Positions 16,285 to 17,751 of a stretch of 17,751 bases of DNA are shown here, one piece after another. Below the pieces are notes generated by a model that saw only the letters and a program-made list of their open reading frames with translations, was not told the DNA's origin and ran no database searches. A program made the position numbers and the translations under genes. The number at the start of each line of letters is the position of its first letter. Positions within the stretch are counted from its first letter, which is position 1. The stretch is taken from assembly GCA_051874735.1 (NCBI GenBank), contig JBJEGD010000006.1, positions 52,647-70,397 on the forward strand, written 5' to 3'. Source of the DNA: Candidatus Bruticola sp. GTDB taxonomy: Bacteria > Vulcanimicrobiota > Xenobia > Xenobiales > Xenobiaceae.

Positions 16285-17610
16285 ATGAACTTAAATGCAG
16301 CAGAATACAATTTATCTAGGGAGGCCTCAGCTAAAACTTCAACCCAACAGGAGTTTTCTTGGGATATTGTCGATTTTATGCTTGAGGGTAAATCTCCCAT
16401 CGATCTAGCCGCACTGACCGCCGAAGATCGCGCTCAAGCTCATAAATTTTTGCTCAACTACGGATACGATTACAACAATAAAGAAGCTAAAGATACTGTA
16501 GATGAAATTTTTGCTGAAGCGCTGCGCTTTATTAAAGCTTATTTTGTACATGGACACAGCAGCTGCCCCACCTATTTTACTATTCCCTCAGAAATAGAGC
16601 GGCTTAACGATGTGCGTGACTTGCTCATTTGGGCTTCCGGCCCGCGAGGTACCGAGCGCCAAGCTTGGTCATGTGCTATATTGCGCGTCATGCACACTAT
16701 TCACCATTTAGATAACACTATGCGTGCGGAATTCTTCCCTGAAATTAAGCGACAGATTCTTGATAAATTTCGCCAAAATATTACTGAAGTAAATGGACAA
16801 GTTTATTTAGGTTCCAATAGTGATATGCTGCCGCTTTATGGAGTTTTCTACAAAGAAGAAAAAAGTCGAGACAGCTTAATTTTGAAACTGCTGCATAAGC
16901 CTAAAAATGTAGCGGAGAAAATTCATGACCGCTTAGGTGTTAAATTAGTAACCTACACTAAGTTAGACGTTTTACGCGTACTTTATTATCTATATACTCA
17001 TAATGTAATTATGTTTGCTAATCTTATTCCCGGTCGCAGCCGCAATACTATTCTCGATATAGAAAAATGTCGGGCTATTTTTGCTGAACTGTTAGAAAGC
17101 GAAAAAGAGAGCGACTGCATCGAGCGAGAAAAACGATTGGATAAATTAGTCAATCAACTTAACACTATTTCCGCTCAAGAATTGGCTTCTATGGCTGAGG
17201 AAAAGAAGCATTATAATCCGCTGTCTAGCTCTGATTACCAATCTCTGCAGTTTACAGTTCAAGAATTAGTAAAACTAGAGAATCCAGGATTTTTTAAAGC
17301 CAGACGTCTGCGCACCCAATTAGAAAAATATCATTTAGGCCCCGATTTAGAAGGTTTACTACAAGAACTGGAAGGACCAGTAGCTGAGCAAGAAATTAGC
17401 ATACTTTTCCCTTTAGAAGTGCAAATTATCGATAAAGAAAACTACATGCAGAGTATTGACGGTACTGCTTCTCACGACGCCTACAAACAGAGACAGCAAG
17501 ATCGCGCTTGTCTGCGTGTTTTGGCTGGTGTATTCGCTATACACCCAGATTTAAATCCCCTGACTAAAACCGACCGCCAATCGGATCAAATTAAGCTTTC
17601 CTTTTTGTGA
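16285..17610 (+). CDS. Uncharacterised protein with RelA/SpoT synthetase-like motifs (resembles TIGR04552/TIGR04562 family)
   Basis: EEKSRDSLILKLLHK..IHDRLGVKLVT..DYQSLQFTV..PLEVQIID..ASHDAYK parallels the RSH synthetase motifs in order. The family assignment is from recall. AGGTGA RBS upstream. Confidence 0.7.
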   Translation: MNLNAAEYNLSREASAKTSTQQEFSWDIVDFMLEGKSPIDLAALTAEDRAQAHKFLLNYGYDYNNKEAKDTVDEIFAEALRFIKAYFVHGHSSCPTYFTIPSEIERLNDVRDLLIWASGPRGTERQAWSCAILRVMHTIHHLDNTMRAEFFPEIKRQILDKFRQNITEVNGQVYLGSNSDMLPLYGVFYKEEKSRDSLILKLLHKPKNVAEKIHDRLGVKLVTYTKLDVLRVLYYLYTHNVIMFANLIPGRSRNTILDIEKCRAIFAELLESEKESDCIEREKRLDKLVNQLNTISAQELASMAEEKKHYNPLSSSDYQSLQFTVQELVKLENPGFFKARRLRTQLEKYHLGPDLEGLLQELEGPVAEQEISILFPLEVQIIDKENYMQSIDGTASHDAYKQRQQDRACLRVLAGVFAIHPDLNPLTKTDRQSDQIKLSFL

Positions 17611-17697
17611 ACTTTCGGGTTAACTGTTAGATGACACGTAATTGAGGCTTATTCTTGGCAAGTTTCAATGAATGCGTTTATACGAATATAAAAAAGC

Positions 17698-17739
17698 AAA
17701 AAAAAACGCCCTGTTTTTCTAACAGAACGTTCTTTTTTT
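17698..17739 (-). terminator. Intrinsic terminator for a minus-strand gene beyond the window (possibly bidirectional)
   Basis: On the minus strand AACGTTCTGTT-AGAAA-AACAGGGCGTT pairs fully with G-U wobbles and is followed by a U run. Confidence 0.7.
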
Positions 17740-17751
17740 ATTGAAAAACTT

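Noticed and set aside
8240-16400. Other short antisense or out-of-frame ORFs over ffh, khpA, trmD, rplS, rbgA and the xer gene
   Set aside because: They are shadows of conserved housekeeping genes.

Overview
Bacterial chromosomal window, mostly housekeeping. Left arm: a minus-strand operon of rlmD followed by a large Hsp100/Clp AAA+ ATPase (3055 to beyond the window start). The ORF track omits this gene because it has no stop inside the window, so I translated it by hand. It has no M-domain and no ClpP-docking IGF/LGF motif, His replaces the NBD1 pore-loop Tyr, and it ends in a tail of at least 220 aa with 18 Tyr-spaced [Y-(P/S)-Q-(P/S)-G-G] hexads and 19-aa Pro/Gly/Arg repeats. Next come a small ORF, a lone tatA, a lipoprotein and an Rne/Rng ribonuclease. 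Right arm: ffh-rpsP-khpA-rimM-trmD-rplS-lepB-rbgA-rnhB (Bacillota/Terrabacteria-type order), then a XerC/D-type recombinase and a RelA/SpoT-synthetase-like protein (TIGR04552-like). The most striking non-coding signal is in the 505-bp trmD-rplS gap. A near-consensus sigma70 promoter drives a ~300-nt structured leader that contains an apparently complete IS200/IS605 TnpB-type omegaRNA scaffold ending in TCAA plus a potential guide, with no tnpA or tnpB in the window. All calls come from manual reading and recalled family motifs; no searches were run.
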